Shown here one piece after another: positions 20,204-29,481 of a stretch of 64,000 nucleotides of DNA. Made by a program: the position numbers and the translations under genes. Under the pieces are notes generated by a model that was not told where the DNA came from, did no database searches, and saw nothing but the letters and a program-made list of their open reading frames with translations. The DNA is taken from positions 6,101-70,100 of the forward strand of contig DATBFX010000341.1 in assembly GCA_036558305.1 (NCBI GenBank), given 5' to 3'. Position 1 is the first letter of the stretch, and every line of letters starts with the position of its first letter. Origin of the DNA: Thermomicrobiales bacterium. GTDB taxonomy: Bacteria; Chloroflexota; Chloroflexia; Thermomicrobiales; UBA6265.

Positions 20204-20992
20204 GTGAAAGTGTTGGATGAGCTGACCGTCGTCCAAAACGGACCCGTTCGACGCATCACCTTTGCGCGTGCGGCGAAACGCAACGCCCTCTCGCGATCGC
20301 TCGTCGCCGCGCTGCACGACGCGCTCGGTGGCATCGTCGAAGGCGGCGCGACCAGGACCGTCGTCCTGGCGGGAGAGGGACCGGCGTTCTGCGCCGGTGG
20401 GGACATCGCCGAGTATGCCGAGGCGGCGGTAAGCGGCCGCGCGGAAGAGGACGCGGGCAAACTCGCCGACCTCCTGGCAAGGATGGCGGCCTGTCCGGTG
20501 CCGGTCGTGGCACGGGTGCACGGGGCTGCCTTCGGGGGCGGCGTCGGTCTGGTCTGTGCCGCCGACGTCGCGATCGCGGCCGAGGGCACCCGGTTCTCCC
20601 TGAGCGAGGCGCGGTTGGGGCTGGTGCCGGCGGTGATCTCGCCCTACGTCCTGGCGGCATTGGGAGAGCGGCAGGCGAAAGCCCTGATGCTCCTGGCGGC
20701 TCCGTTCGATACCGACGAAGCGGTGCGGTGCGGTGTCGTCCATCGGGTGGTGCCGGCCGAAGAACTCGATACGGCGGTGGACGGCGTCGTCGCGGAGCTG
20801 CTGCGGGGGGCGCCGGGGGCGTTGGCAACGATTAAGCGGATTCCGTCGATGTTGGGTGGTCTCGACGCGGCGGCGACGCGGGCCGCGACCGCCGGTCTGC
20901 TGGCGGACCGGTTGGCGAGCGAAGAGGCGCGGGAGGGCCTGCGCGCGTTCCTCGAAAAGCGGACGCCGGCGTGGGTGCCGGAGGGGTCGTGA
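20204..20992 (+). CDS. enoyl-CoA hydratase/isomerase family protein (methylglutaconyl-CoA hydratase by context)
   Basis: ITFARAAKRNALS, AFCAGGDIAEY, VHGAAFGGGVGLVCAADVAIA and EGLRAFLEKR form the crotonase fold. GTG start. It lies between the two carboxylase subunits. Confidence 0.85.
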   Translation: MKVLDELTVVQNGPVRRITFARAAKRNALSRSLVAALHDALGGIVEGGATRTVVLAGEGPAFCAGGDIAEYAEAAVSGRAEEDAGKLADLLARMAACPVPVVARVHGAAFGGGVGLVCAADVAIAAEGTRFSLSEARLGLVPAVISPYVLAALGERQAKALMLLAAPFDTDEAVRCGVVHRVVPAEELDTAVDGVVAELLRGAPGALATIKRIPSMLGGLDAAATRAATAGLLADRLASEEAREGLRAFLEKRTPAWVPEGS

Positions 20993-22938
20993 GCGCGCTC
21001 GACGGCAAGCGGGTCGCGATCGCGAACCGGGGCGAGATCGCCGTACGAATCGCGGCGACGTGCCGTCGTCTGGGAACCGTGCCGGTCGTCGTCCTCGGCG
21101 AGCCCGATCTCGACGGGTACGCCGCCCGCCGGATCGGCCGGGTCGAGCTGGTAGGACCGGCGGGAGCGGAGTTCGACGTCGAGCGCGTCGTCGCCGCAGC
21201 GCGCCGGACCGGCGCGGACTTCCTGCATCCGGGCTACGGCTTCCTCAGCGAGCGGCCGGCGCTCGCGGACGCCTGCGAGGAGGCGGGAATCCGGTTCGTC
21301 GGTCCGTCCGCGGCCACGCTTCGGCTTTGCGGCGACAAACTGGCGACCCGCAACACCGCGGTCGGCGCCGGCGTGCCGGTGCTGCCGGCGAGCGGTCCGC
21401 TCGGCGACGATGCCGCCGCCTGGCTCGAAGCGGCGCGCTCCGTCGGCTTCCCGCTCATCGTCAAACCGGCAGAGGCGGGTGGCGGGCGCGGCCTGCGGCG
21501 GGTCGCCGACGAGGGATCGCTGGTCGAGGCGGTCGCGACGTCGCGGCGCGAAAGCGCCTCCTCGGGCGCCGGGGAGACGGTCTACCTGGAGCGGGAACTG
21601 GTCGAACCGCGGCACGTCGAGGTCCAGGTCGTCGCCGACGGGTCGCGGGTCGTTGCCCTCGGCGATCGCGACTGCTCGCTGCAACGGCGGCATCAGAAGG
21701 TGATCGAGGAGGCGCCGGCGCCGAACATCGACGAGAAGACGCGACGGGCACTACATACGCACGCGAGCGAGATCGCCCGCGCGGTCGGACTGCGGGGGAT
21801 CGCAACCTGCGAATTTCTGCTCGGCGCCGACGGGACGTTCGCGTTCCTCGAAGTCAACCCGCGCATCCAGGTCGAACACCCGGTCTCCGAACTCGTGACC
21901 GGCGTCGATCTCGTCGAAACGCAACTCCTGATCGCCGCCGGTACGTCGCTTTCGTTCGCTTCAGCCTTGCCGCGCGGTCACGCGATCGAAGCGCGCGTCT
22001 ATGCCGAGGACCCGTGGCACGGATTCTTTCCGGCGGCGGGGACGCTGGCGACGGTGGATTGGCCGGCCGGTCCCGGCGTCCGCGTCGATGCCGGCTACGC
22101 ATCGGGGGACGCGGTTCCGGCGACGTACGACGCGATGTTGGCGAAGGTCGTCGCCCATGGTACTGACCGCGACGCGGCACTGGCCACGCTGCGATCTGCC
22201 CTCGGCGATACGGTCGTCGCCGGCGTTCCGAGCAATCTCCCGTGGCTGATCGCGCTGCTTGACGACGGTGCGGTCCAAGCCGGCCGCGCAACGACGAGCA
22301 CAGCCGCCGCGGTCGCCCCGGCAATGCCGGACCGGACCATGGCCCTGTTGGCCGCGACCGCTCAGACGCTCGATCGCTCCCGCACCGCCACCACCGATCC
22401 CTGGTCGGCGATCGGACCGTTTCGGCTCGCGGGACCGACGACGCTGTCGTTCCATGGGGACGATTGGGAAGACCGGGTGACGGTCGAGCGGACGGCCGAC
22501 GGTTGGCAGGCGGCGATCGGCGGCGAGACCGTGTTGCTCCAATGGTGGCGGGATGCGAACGGCATCTGGACGATCGCCGGCGGTGAGCGGGTGGCGCGGC
22601 TGGCGATCGTCGATCGCGGCGAAACGCTCGAAATCTCCGGCGACGGGGGACGCTGGTTGGTCCGACCCGGGCCGAAACCCGCGACGGCCCAGACCCGCCA
22701 CGCTCGAGCGAGCGATGGCCGAGTCAGGGCGCCTCTGCCGGGTAAGGTGCTGCGCATCAACGTCGAGGTGGGAGAGCGGGTCGAGCCCGGTCAACCGGTC
22801 GTCGCCCTGAGCGCGATGAAGATGGAACTGGTTTGCGAGGTGCCGGCGGCGGGAGTCGTGGACGCCATCCTCTGCCGGGTCGATCAAATCGTCGCCGCGG
22901 ACGATGTGCTGGCGGTGATCAGTGTCGAAGATTCCTAG
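20989..22938 (+). CDS. methylcrotonyl-CoA carboxylase, biotin carboxylase + BCCP (alpha) subunit
   Basis: The GTG at 20989 overlaps the upstream TGA (GTGA) and gives (M)SALDGKRVAIANRGEIAVRI. ATP-grasp motifs HPGYGFLSE, EVNPRIQVEHPVSE. C-terminal biotinylation motif ALSAMKMEL. Confidence 0.9.
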   Translation: MSALDGKRVAIANRGEIAVRIAATCRRLGTVPVVVLGEPDLDGYAARRIGRVELVGPAGAEFDVERVVAAARRTGADFLHPGYGFLSERPALADACEEAGIRFVGPSAATLRLCGDKLATRNTAVGAGVPVLPASGPLGDDAAAWLEAARSVGFPLIVKPAEAGGGRGLRRVADEGSLVEAVATSRRESASSGAGETVYLERELVEPRHVEVQVVADGSRVVALGDRDCSLQRRHQKVIEEAPAPNIDEKTRRALHTHASEIARAVGLRGIATCEFLLGADGTFAFLEVNPRIQVEHPVSELVTGVDLVETQLLIAAGTSLSFASALPRGHAIEARVYAEDPWHGFFPAAGTLATVDWPAGPGVRVDAGYASGDAVPATYDAMLAKVVAHGTDRDAALATLRSALGDTVVAGVPSNLPWLIALLDDGAVQAGRATTSTAAAVAPAMPDRTMALLAATAQTLDRSRTATTDPWSAIGPFRLAGPTTLSFHGDDWEDRVTVERTADGWQAAIGGETVLLQWWRDANGIWTIAGGERVARLAIVDRGETLEISGDGGRWLVRPGPKPATAQTRHARASDGRVRAPLPGKVLRINVEVGERVEPGQPVVALSAMKMELVCEVPAAGVVDAILCRVDQIVAADDVLAVISVEDS

Positions 22939-22949
22939 CTGGCGCGCGT

Positions 22950-23522
22950 TTACGTGGTGCCCGGCGATCCGAAGAGAACGCCCTTGATGAAGGCATCTTT
23001 CCCGAGATTGTAGTCGTTCCCGTCCGTGGCACCGGCGGCGAGGACGGCGCGTTTGCGAGCCGCGTATGCGTTGACGAGCTCGGGATCGGCACGAAGGGTG
23101 TCGCGGAAGCGGCGCTGCTGGGAGACTTCGGGGGCGTCGGCGGCGATGACGTGGACGTGGAGGCGGAAGGTTTCACCGTCGTGCTCGATCGTGCCGATGC
23201 GGACCGGGCGCTCCTCTGGAAAGGCACCGGGGCGGTCGTGCCGTTGGAATCCCATCCGGTTGAGGACGTCGCGGGCCGACGCAAGGCCCCCCGGTTGGTA
23301 GAGGAGCATCAAATCGATCACTCCCTTCCCGGGGCATCCCGGCACCGCCGTGCTGCCGACGTGCTCGACCTGTACCTCTGGCATTCGGTCGCGGATCAAG
23401 TCGATGACCCGTGACGCGACCACGGGGAAGCGCGGGTCGTACGGGCGGTATGCCGCCGTTGGGTCCTGATAGCGGACGTACTCGTAGCGGCCGATCGGAC
23501 ACTCCTCGTCCGTACCGTTCAT
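22950..23522 (-). CDS. GrpB family protein (UPF0157)
   Basis: ATG at 23522 (MNGTDEE). VEHVGSTAVPGCPGKGVIDLML, HVHVI and FRDTLRADPELVNAYAARK match GrpB. The track ORF extends upstream with non-protein-like sequence. Confidence 0.8.
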   Translation of the reverse strand: MNGTDEECPIGRYEYVRYQDPTAAYRPYDPRFPVVASRVIDLIRDRMPEVQVEHVGSTAVPGCPGKGVIDLMLLYQPGGLASARDVLNRMGFQRHDRPGAFPEERPVRIGTIEHDGETFRLHVHVIAADAPEVSQQRRFRDTLRADPELVNAYAARKRAVLAAGATDGNDYNLGKDAFIKGVLFGSPGTT

Positions 23523-23700
23523 CGAGTTCACCTCCCGCCCGACGTGAGTGGAAAAGTTTGGCAGGATACCATGGTGGGCAAGGCACGATGGGACTGCCCC
23601 AACCACAAACGTTTGCGTACTTCCTGCCTTCGGCGGTCGCCGGTCGACCATCGCGCGTGATGACCGCGGCGACTCGGAGGGGGATCGGAGCGAAGAAGCG

Positions 23701-24420
23701 ATGACGGACCCGCTCGGCGGCGAGCAAGGCAAACGGATTGACCTCCTCACGGTGGTGATCCCGACCTACAACGAGCGGGCGACCATCGGCGAATTGTTGC
23801 GCCGGGTGCGATCGTCCCCGCTGCCGACGCAGATCATCGTCGTCGACGACGGTTCGACCGACGGCACGACGGACCTGCTCAAGGCCGAGGCGGCCACCGG
23901 AACGTTCGAACTCGTGGTCCATCCGACCAACCGCGGCAAGGGCGCCGCCGTCCGCTCCGGCCTGGAACGTGCCCGCGGCGACGTCATCGTCGTCCAGGAC
24001 GCCGATCTGGAGTACGATCCTGCCGATTACCCGCTCCTGTTGGCGCCGATCGAGAAGGGTATCGCCGAGGTCGTCTACGGCTCGCGCTTCCTGGGCCCGC
24101 ACCGCGCGATGTACTTCTGGCACAGCGTTGGGAACAAACTGCTGACCCTGACCTGCAACATCCTGTTCGACACGACGCTGACCGACCTGGAAACGGGTTA
24201 CAAGGTCCTCACGTCCGAGGTCGCCCGCTCGTTCCGGCTGCGCTCCGACCGCTGGGGATTCGACCCCGAAATCACCGCCAAGGTCCTCAAGCGCGGCCAC
24301 CGCATCTACGAAGTCCCCATCTCCTACGCCGGCCGCGAATTTCGCGAGGGCAAGAAAATCACCTGGAAGGACGGGCTCGTCGTCGTCGCGACACTGCTCC
24401 GATACCGACTGTTCGAGTAA
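23701..24420 (+). CDS. family 2 glycosyltransferase (polyprenol-phosphate sugar synthase-like)
   Basis: ATG at 23701. LTVVIPTYNE, IIVVDDGSTDGT, VVQDADLEYDP and YGSRF form the GT2/Dpm1-like pattern. Confidence 0.85.
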   Translation: MTDPLGGEQGKRIDLLTVVIPTYNERATIGELLRRVRSSPLPTQIIVVDDGSTDGTTDLLKAEAATGTFELVVHPTNRGKGAAVRSGLERARGDVIVVQDADLEYDPADYPLLLAPIEKGIAEVVYGSRFLGPHRAMYFWHSVGNKLLTLTCNILFDTTLTDLETGYKVLTSEVARSFRLRSDRWGFDPEITAKVLKRGHRIYEVPISYAGREFREGKKITWKDGLVVVATLLRYRLFE

Positions 24421-24445
24421 CCATCGGGTTCGCATTGCATCGGGA

Positions 24446-26860
24446 TTGATCCGAGCGTACGATGACTCGCGATCGAGCGAGCGGACTGGCGATCGGAGCG
24501 TCGGAACGGTGATCGAAGGCTTGGCCGCGGCGTCCGCCTGGGGATCGGCGAGCGCACCCGTCGTGCTCCTCGCCGGTCTCCGCTTGCTGGGGCCGGACGG
24601 ATTGATCCTGGTCGCAACCGCCGCGGTGATCGCCGGCTGTGCCGCCTGGGCGTCCCGCGGGCGGGTGGAGTCCCTGCTTCCCGAGACGGATGCGCCGCCG
24701 ATTCCGCGACCAGCCCCGCCACCGGTCGTTCGTTCCGAGCCGGTTCCCACGCCCGTCATCGTCGGACCCGAACCACCATTTGCCGTGAGTCCCCTCCCCG
24801 CGACTTTACTTCCGGCGCCTGTCCCGGTGCCGGTCATGCCGCGACCGAAAGCACGCGCCTTTCCCCTCCGCTGGGAGATGATGCTCGTCGCTCCGGCCGG
24901 CCTCATCCTCCTCATCGTCGCCAACCATTCACTCAACGACCAAGATCTGACGCTCGTCACGCTGCTCATGCTGGTCGTCGGTTGCGCGCTCTGGATCTAC
25001 GACCAGCGAACCAACGGCGGTGTCTTTCTCCCCTGGTCGGCGCGGAATGCTCAGTCGCTTTCAATCGGATCGTTTCAGCGGCGGATGCTCGCGGTCGCGA
25101 TCATCGCCGCCGGCGCGGCCTATGCCTGGTCCAGCGACAACACCTTCCGTCCCTTCGGCGTGGCAAATTGGCTGCTTTCCGTTGCCGCCTGGAGCCTGGC
25201 CTGGTGGCCGAGAAGGTTCGACCCCGGCGCCGCCGAGCGCGTCCCCCGCGCGCCCTTCGCGCTGTCGGCCAAGGACGTCGTCCTCCTCGCCGGACTGTTC
25301 GCCGCGATCGCCGCGGGCGCCTTCTTCCGCTTCTACCGCATCGACGAGACACCCCTCGATCCGACGAGCGACCACGCCGAAAAGCTCCTCGACGTCACCG
25401 ACGTCCTCCACGGCAAGCGCCCCATCTTTTTCGAGCGCAACACCGGGCGGGAGCCGACCCAGTTTTACTTCACGGCCGCCTACCTCCGGATAACCCACCT
25501 GCCGACCAATTTCACGACGCTCAAACTCGGCACCGCCTTCATCGGAACGCTCGCCATTCCCCTCGTCTATTTGCTCGCCACGGAGCTGGCCGGCAGAACG
25601 ACCGGTCTTTTTGCCGCGACGCTCTACGCGATCGGTACCTGGCCGGTGGAGATCGCCCGCGCCGGGTTGCGGTTTCCCTACGCGCCGCTCGCCACCGCCG
25701 CCGTGCTCTGGTTCCTCCTGCGTTGGATGCGGACGCGCGATCGCCGCGACGCCCTGCTCTGCGGTCTCGGTCTCGGCGTCGGTCTCTACGGCTACACCCC
25801 GTTCCGCATCGTCGTGCTTTCCGTCGGTCTCGGTCTCCTCCTCGCCCTCGTCACTTCCGCGACCACGGCACAGCGGCGTCGCGTCGTCGGTGATGGCCTG
25901 CTGATCGGTGCCACCGCGGCGGTGGTCTTCGTCCCCCTCGGTCGCTACGCCCTGGAACACCGCGAGATGTTCTGGTACCGCGCCGGCGGTCGCCTCACCG
26001 GCGACAACGGCGGCAACGCCTTCGCCGCCCTCGTCGACCACATCTCGGTTTTCCTGCGCAACAACTGGAACGCGGCGCTCGGGTTCAACTGGCGGGGCGA
26101 CTCGACGTTCGTCAACGCGGTGACCTACGCCCCCATGATGGACCTCGTCACGGGCGCGCTCTTCCTCGCCGGTCTCACGGTCGTCCTCGCCCAGATCGCC
26201 TTTCGTCGTGACGTCCGCGCGGTGTTCCTCCTCGCCGCGTTCCCGCTACTGCTCCTCTCGTCGACACTGGCGATCGCTTTTCCCTGGGAAAATCCGAGCG
26301 TCAACCGCGAAGGTCCCGCCGCCCCCTTCGCCTTCACCATCGCCGCACTACCGCTGGCCGTTCTCGTTCGACGCCTGCGGGCTGGCCTCGGTTCGACGCG
26401 CGGTTACCTCGTGGCGGCCCCGGCAATCGCGGTGCTGATCGGCGTGGCGGCGGTCCGCGGTTTCGACCAGTACTTCCACGACTTCGACCGCCAGACCCGT
26501 GCTTCGGTCCCAAACACCACCGAGATTGCCCAGGCGATCCGCGGTGCGGCCGTGGTTGGCGTCTCGCCGGACGATGCCTACGTGATCGATGCCCCCTATT
26601 GGCTCGACATCCGCAACATCGGGATCGCGCTCGGCGACATCGATTGGGGACCGGCCCACAACGTCCGCGTCGGCGACCCGCTGCCGACCCTATCGTCGTC
26701 GCGTCCCCTCCTCCTTATTCTCAAGGGCGACGATCAGACGCGATTGGCCGAGGTGGAACGCGCGTTTCCGTGGGGTCACGTCACGAGGTACCCGACCGAA
26801 GTCCCCTCCCACGCATTCGTGACCGTTTGGGTACCGGCCCCGACCCCGTTCCTCCCGTAG
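24446..26860 (+). CDS. polytopic membrane glycosyltransferase, GT39/ArnT (PMT_2)-like
   Basis: Many TM helices. FFRFYRIDETPLDPTSDHAEKLLDV...GREPTQFYFTA resembles the first-loop signature of GT-C family 39-type enzymes. It lies immediately downstream of the GT2 gene. The TTG start at 24446 is uncertain, and the first ~170 aa are Pro-rich. Confidence 0.7.
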   Translation: MIRAYDDSRSSERTGDRSVGTVIEGLAAASAWGSASAPVVLLAGLRLLGPDGLILVATAAVIAGCAAWASRGRVESLLPETDAPPIPRPAPPPVVRSEPVPTPVIVGPEPPFAVSPLPATLLPAPVPVPVMPRPKARAFPLRWEMMLVAPAGLILLIVANHSLNDQDLTLVTLLMLVVGCALWIYDQRTNGGVFLPWSARNAQSLSIGSFQRRMLAVAIIAAGAAYAWSSDNTFRPFGVANWLLSVAAWSLAWWPRRFDPGAAERVPRAPFALSAKDVVLLAGLFAAIAAGAFFRFYRIDETPLDPTSDHAEKLLDVTDVLHGKRPIFFERNTGREPTQFYFTAAYLRITHLPTNFTTLKLGTAFIGTLAIPLVYLLATELAGRTTGLFAATLYAIGTWPVEIARAGLRFPYAPLATAAVLWFLLRWMRTRDRRDALLCGLGLGVGLYGYTPFRIVVLSVGLGLLLALVTSATTAQRRRVVGDGLLIGATAAVVFVPLGRYALEHREMFWYRAGGRLTGDNGGNAFAALVDHISVFLRNNWNAALGFNWRGDSTFVNAVTYAPMMDLVTGALFLAGLTVVLAQIAFRRDVRAVFLLAAFPLLLLSSTLAIAFPWENPSVNREGPAAPFAFTIAALPLAVLVRRLRAGLGSTRGYLVAAPAIAVLIGVAAVRGFDQYFHDFDRQTRASVPNTTEIAQAIRGAAVVGVSPDDAYVIDAPYWLDIRNIGIALGDIDWGPAHNVRVGDPLPTLSSSRPLLLILKGDDQTRLAEVERAFPWGHVTRYPTEVPSHAFVTVWVPAPTPFLP

Positions 26861-27141
26861 TCCCGCCGGGCGTCGAAACGCGGCGAGGACGTGACGGAAG
26901 TACCCGGCAGCCCCGCGTTCAGGCTCCTCACCGGCTCCTGGCTACCGAACCGGCGGGCCGCCGGGGCTCAATCGTATGGACCTTTGCGATTAGACGGGAC
27001 GAGGTCACCGTCGCGACGCGAATCCAGGACCAAGATCGCCCCTCGCCGACGCCCGCCGCGTCTTGGGGGACGTACAATTCGTCGCAACGGGTTCGCGGTC
27101 CGCCGATGGCGGCCGCCCGGGCCTTACCAAAGGAGCGGTCA

Positions 27142-28278
27142 ATGCCGACCCGATCCAAGAAACCTCCCGCCAAAGCCGTCCAAGACGCGTTCCAGGCCGG
27201 AGCCGCCTCGCCGAACGGGAACGGCTCCCTCCATCTGCCGCTCGACCACGTCGACGTCGGCGCCGGCACGATCACCGCCACCGTCGCACCGCCTTCGACC
27301 GGCAGCGCCGGACTGCCTCATGAGTCCTTGCGGGAGATGTATTCCTTCATGGCTCTCGCACGCGCCCTCGACGAACGGATCTGGCAACTCAATCGCTCCG
27401 GCAAGGCGCCCTTCGTCGTCTCCGGTCAGGGTCACGAAGCGGCCCAGGTCGGCGCCGCCTTCGCCCTCGATCGCGACAACGACATCATCATCCCCTACTA
27501 CCGCGATCTCGCCCTTTGCCTCGTCTTCGGCCTCACCGCGCGCGACGTGTTGATGGGCGTGTTGGCCCGCGCGGACGACGCCGTCTCCGGGGCGCGCCAG
27601 ATGCCGGCCCACTACGGCTCGGCCAAACGGCGCATCATCAGCGGTTCCAGCGTCGTCGGCACCCAGATCCCGCAGGCGACCGGTACCGCCTACGCCGCCA
27701 AACTGCGGCGCACCGGTCAGGTCACCCTCGTCGCCTTCGGTGAGGGCGCCACCTCCGAAGGCGATTTCCACGAGGCCTGCAACTTCGCCGGCATCCACAA
27801 GCTGCCCGTGATCTTCTTTTGCGAGAACAACCGCTACGCCATCTCGGTCCCCCAGGACAAGCAGATCGCCATCGACAACGTCGCCGATCGCGCCGCCGGT
27901 TACGGCTTCCCCGGTGTGGTCGTCGATGGAACTGATCTCCTCTCCGTCTACCAGGTGATCAAGGACGCCGCCGACCGCGCCCGCCGCGGCGACGGCGCCA
28001 CGCTCGTCGAAGCGAAGCTCTACCGCTTCCATCCCCACTCTTCCGACGACGATGATCGCTTCTACCGCGATCCCCACGAGGTCAAAGCCTGGCGTGCCCA
28101 CGATCCCGTCGCCCGCTTCGACGCCCGTCTGCGCGAGCTCGGCGCGCTCGACGACGGTACCGCCGCCGAGATCGCCGCCCGCGTCAAACGAGAGGTGAAC
28201 GCCGCCACCGAGTCCGCCGAACAAGCACCACTCCCCGACCCCGCGACGTTCGATCGCCACGTCTACGCCGAGCGCTAG
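27142..28278 (+). CDS. 2-oxoacid (branched-chain type) dehydrogenase E1 component, alpha subunit
   Basis: ATG at 27142 after AGGAG (27131-27135). RQMPAHYGS, TPP-binding FGEGATSEGDFHEACNFAG...VIFFCENNRYAIS, and YRFHPHSSDDDD. Track ORF 26599.. is an over-extension. Confidence 0.9.
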   Translation: MPTRSKKPPAKAVQDAFQAGAASPNGNGSLHLPLDHVDVGAGTITATVAPPSTGSAGLPHESLREMYSFMALARALDERIWQLNRSGKAPFVVSGQGHEAAQVGAAFALDRDNDIIIPYYRDLALCLVFGLTARDVLMGVLARADDAVSGARQMPAHYGSAKRRIISGSSVVGTQIPQATGTAYAAKLRRTGQVTLVAFGEGATSEGDFHEACNFAGIHKLPVIFFCENNRYAISVPQDKQIAIDNVADRAAGYGFPGVVVDGTDLLSVYQVIKDAADRARRGDGATLVEAKLYRFHPHSSDDDDRFYRDPHEVKAWRAHDPVARFDARLRELGALDDGTAAEIAARVKREVNAATESAEQAPLPDPATFDRHVYAER

Positions 28279-28349
28279 CACCGGCGCTGGTTGTAGGGGA
28301 GGGCCCCGTGCCCTCCCGCGCCACCCAAACACGGCGCAAAGGATTGGCA

Positions 28350-29396
28350 ATGGTCCAAACGCTCGAACGGCCCACCGACCTCTCTCCAAACGCCGCGCGC
28401 GAAACCGGCACCCCGAACAAATCGCTGATCGAGGCGATCCACGACACCCTCCGCGACGAACTCCGCGCCGACGACCGCATCGTCGTCCTCGGCGAGGACG
28501 TCGGCCGGCGCGGCGGGGTCTTCCGCGTCACCGCCGATCTGCTGGAAGAGTTCGGCGAAGACCGCATCATCGATACCCCGCTCGCCGAGTCCCTCATCGT
28601 CGGCACCGCAATCGGCATGGCCCTGAACGGTTTGAGACCGATCGCCGAGATCCAGTTTCTCGACTTCATCCACCCCGCGATGGACCAGATCATGAACGAG
28701 GCCGCGCGCCTCCGCTACCGCTCGAACAACGATTTCAACTGTCCCCTCGTCATCCGCACCCCGTTCGGCGGCGGCGTCCACGGCGCCCTCTACCATTCCC
28801 AGAGTATCGAAGCCCTCTTCGTCCACACGCCGGGTCTCAAGGTCGTCGTCCCGGCCACGCCGGTCGACGCCAAGGGACTCCTTCGCGCCGCCATCCGCGA
28901 CGAGGATCCGGTCCTCTTCCTCGAACACAAGAAACTCTACCGCTCGATCAAGGGCCCGGTGCCCGACGGCGATTACGACGTTCCCCTCGGCCGGGCCCGC
29001 ATCGTCCAGGAAGGGACCGACGCCACCATCGTCGCTTACGGGCTGATGGTCCACGAATCCGAAAAGGCCGCCGCCGCGATCGCTCAGGAAACCGGCGCCA
29101 GCATCGAGTTGATCGATCTCCGCTCCCTCAAACCGCTCGACGAGGCCGCGGTCCTCGACTCCGCCAGGAAAACCGGCAAGGTCCTGGTCGTCACCGAAGC
29201 CAATCGCCTCTGCTCCGTCGCCAGCGAAATCGCCGCCCTCGTCGCCGAAGAGGCCTTTGCCTACCTCGACGCCCCCGTCATGCGCGTCACCGCCCCCGAC
29301 GTCCCCGCCATGCCCTTCAGCCCACCCCTCGAACACGCCTTCATGGTCGACGCCGAGAAGATCGGCGCGATGCTGCGCAAGCTCGTCGCGTTCTAG
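28350..29396 (+). CDS. 2-oxoacid dehydrogenase E1 component, beta subunit
   Basis: ATG at 28350 (MVQTLERP). VLGEDVGRRGGVFRVT, IDTPLAES, IQFLDFI and LRSLKPLD. Confidence 0.9.
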   Translation: MVQTLERPTDLSPNAARETGTPNKSLIEAIHDTLRDELRADDRIVVLGEDVGRRGGVFRVTADLLEEFGEDRIIDTPLAESLIVGTAIGMALNGLRPIAEIQFLDFIHPAMDQIMNEAARLRYRSNNDFNCPLVIRTPFGGGVHGALYHSQSIEALFVHTPGLKVVVPATPVDAKGLLRAAIRDEDPVLFLEHKKLYRSIKGPVPDGDYDVPLGRARIVQEGTDATIVAYGLMVHESEKAAAAIAQETGASIELIDLRSLKPLDEAAVLDSARKTGKVLVVTEANRLCSVASEIAALVAEEAFAYLDAPVMRVTAPDVPAMPFSPPLEHAFMVDAEKIGAMLRKLVAF

Positions 29397-29398
29397 CC

Positions 29399-29465
29399 GT
29401 CAGGCGCTAGGCGTTAGGAGAACGAACCGTTTCGTGCGCCTAACGCCTAACGCCTAGCGCCTGAC
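29399..29465 (+). repeat. intercistronic hairpin A with stems of tandem 7-nt units (gcctaac/gcctagc/gcctgac)
   Basis: gtcaggcgctaggcgttagg (29399-29418) is the exact reverse complement of cctaacgcctagcgcctgac (29446-29465). An extra gcctaac unit sits in the 27-nt loop. It starts 3 nt after the E1beta stop and ends 16 nt before the E2 ATG; GGAGG at 29472-29476 lies outside the stem. Confidence 0.9.
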
Positions 29466-29481
29466 GCCTCCGGAGGCCCGT

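Noticed and set aside
26599-27141. A 180-codon N-terminal extension of the E1alpha ORF. Similar over-extensions occur at 12536..13282, 19994..20743, 22950..23750 upstream part, 38574..39428, 50980..51333, 54792..55010 and 59597..60040.
   Set aside because: The extensions are Arg/Pro-rich and non-homologous, and they often overlap the preceding gene. Internal start codons with Shine-Dalgarno-like sequences or stop/start overlaps give products of the family-typical length.
28297-28317. A small hairpin, gggagggc-cccgt-gccctccc, right after the E1alpha stop.
   Set aside because: It is a real 8-bp inverted repeat, but short, GC-only and without repeat-unit structure or a T-tract. Such stems are expected by chance in GC-rich DNA, so it is not counted as a member of the hairpin family.
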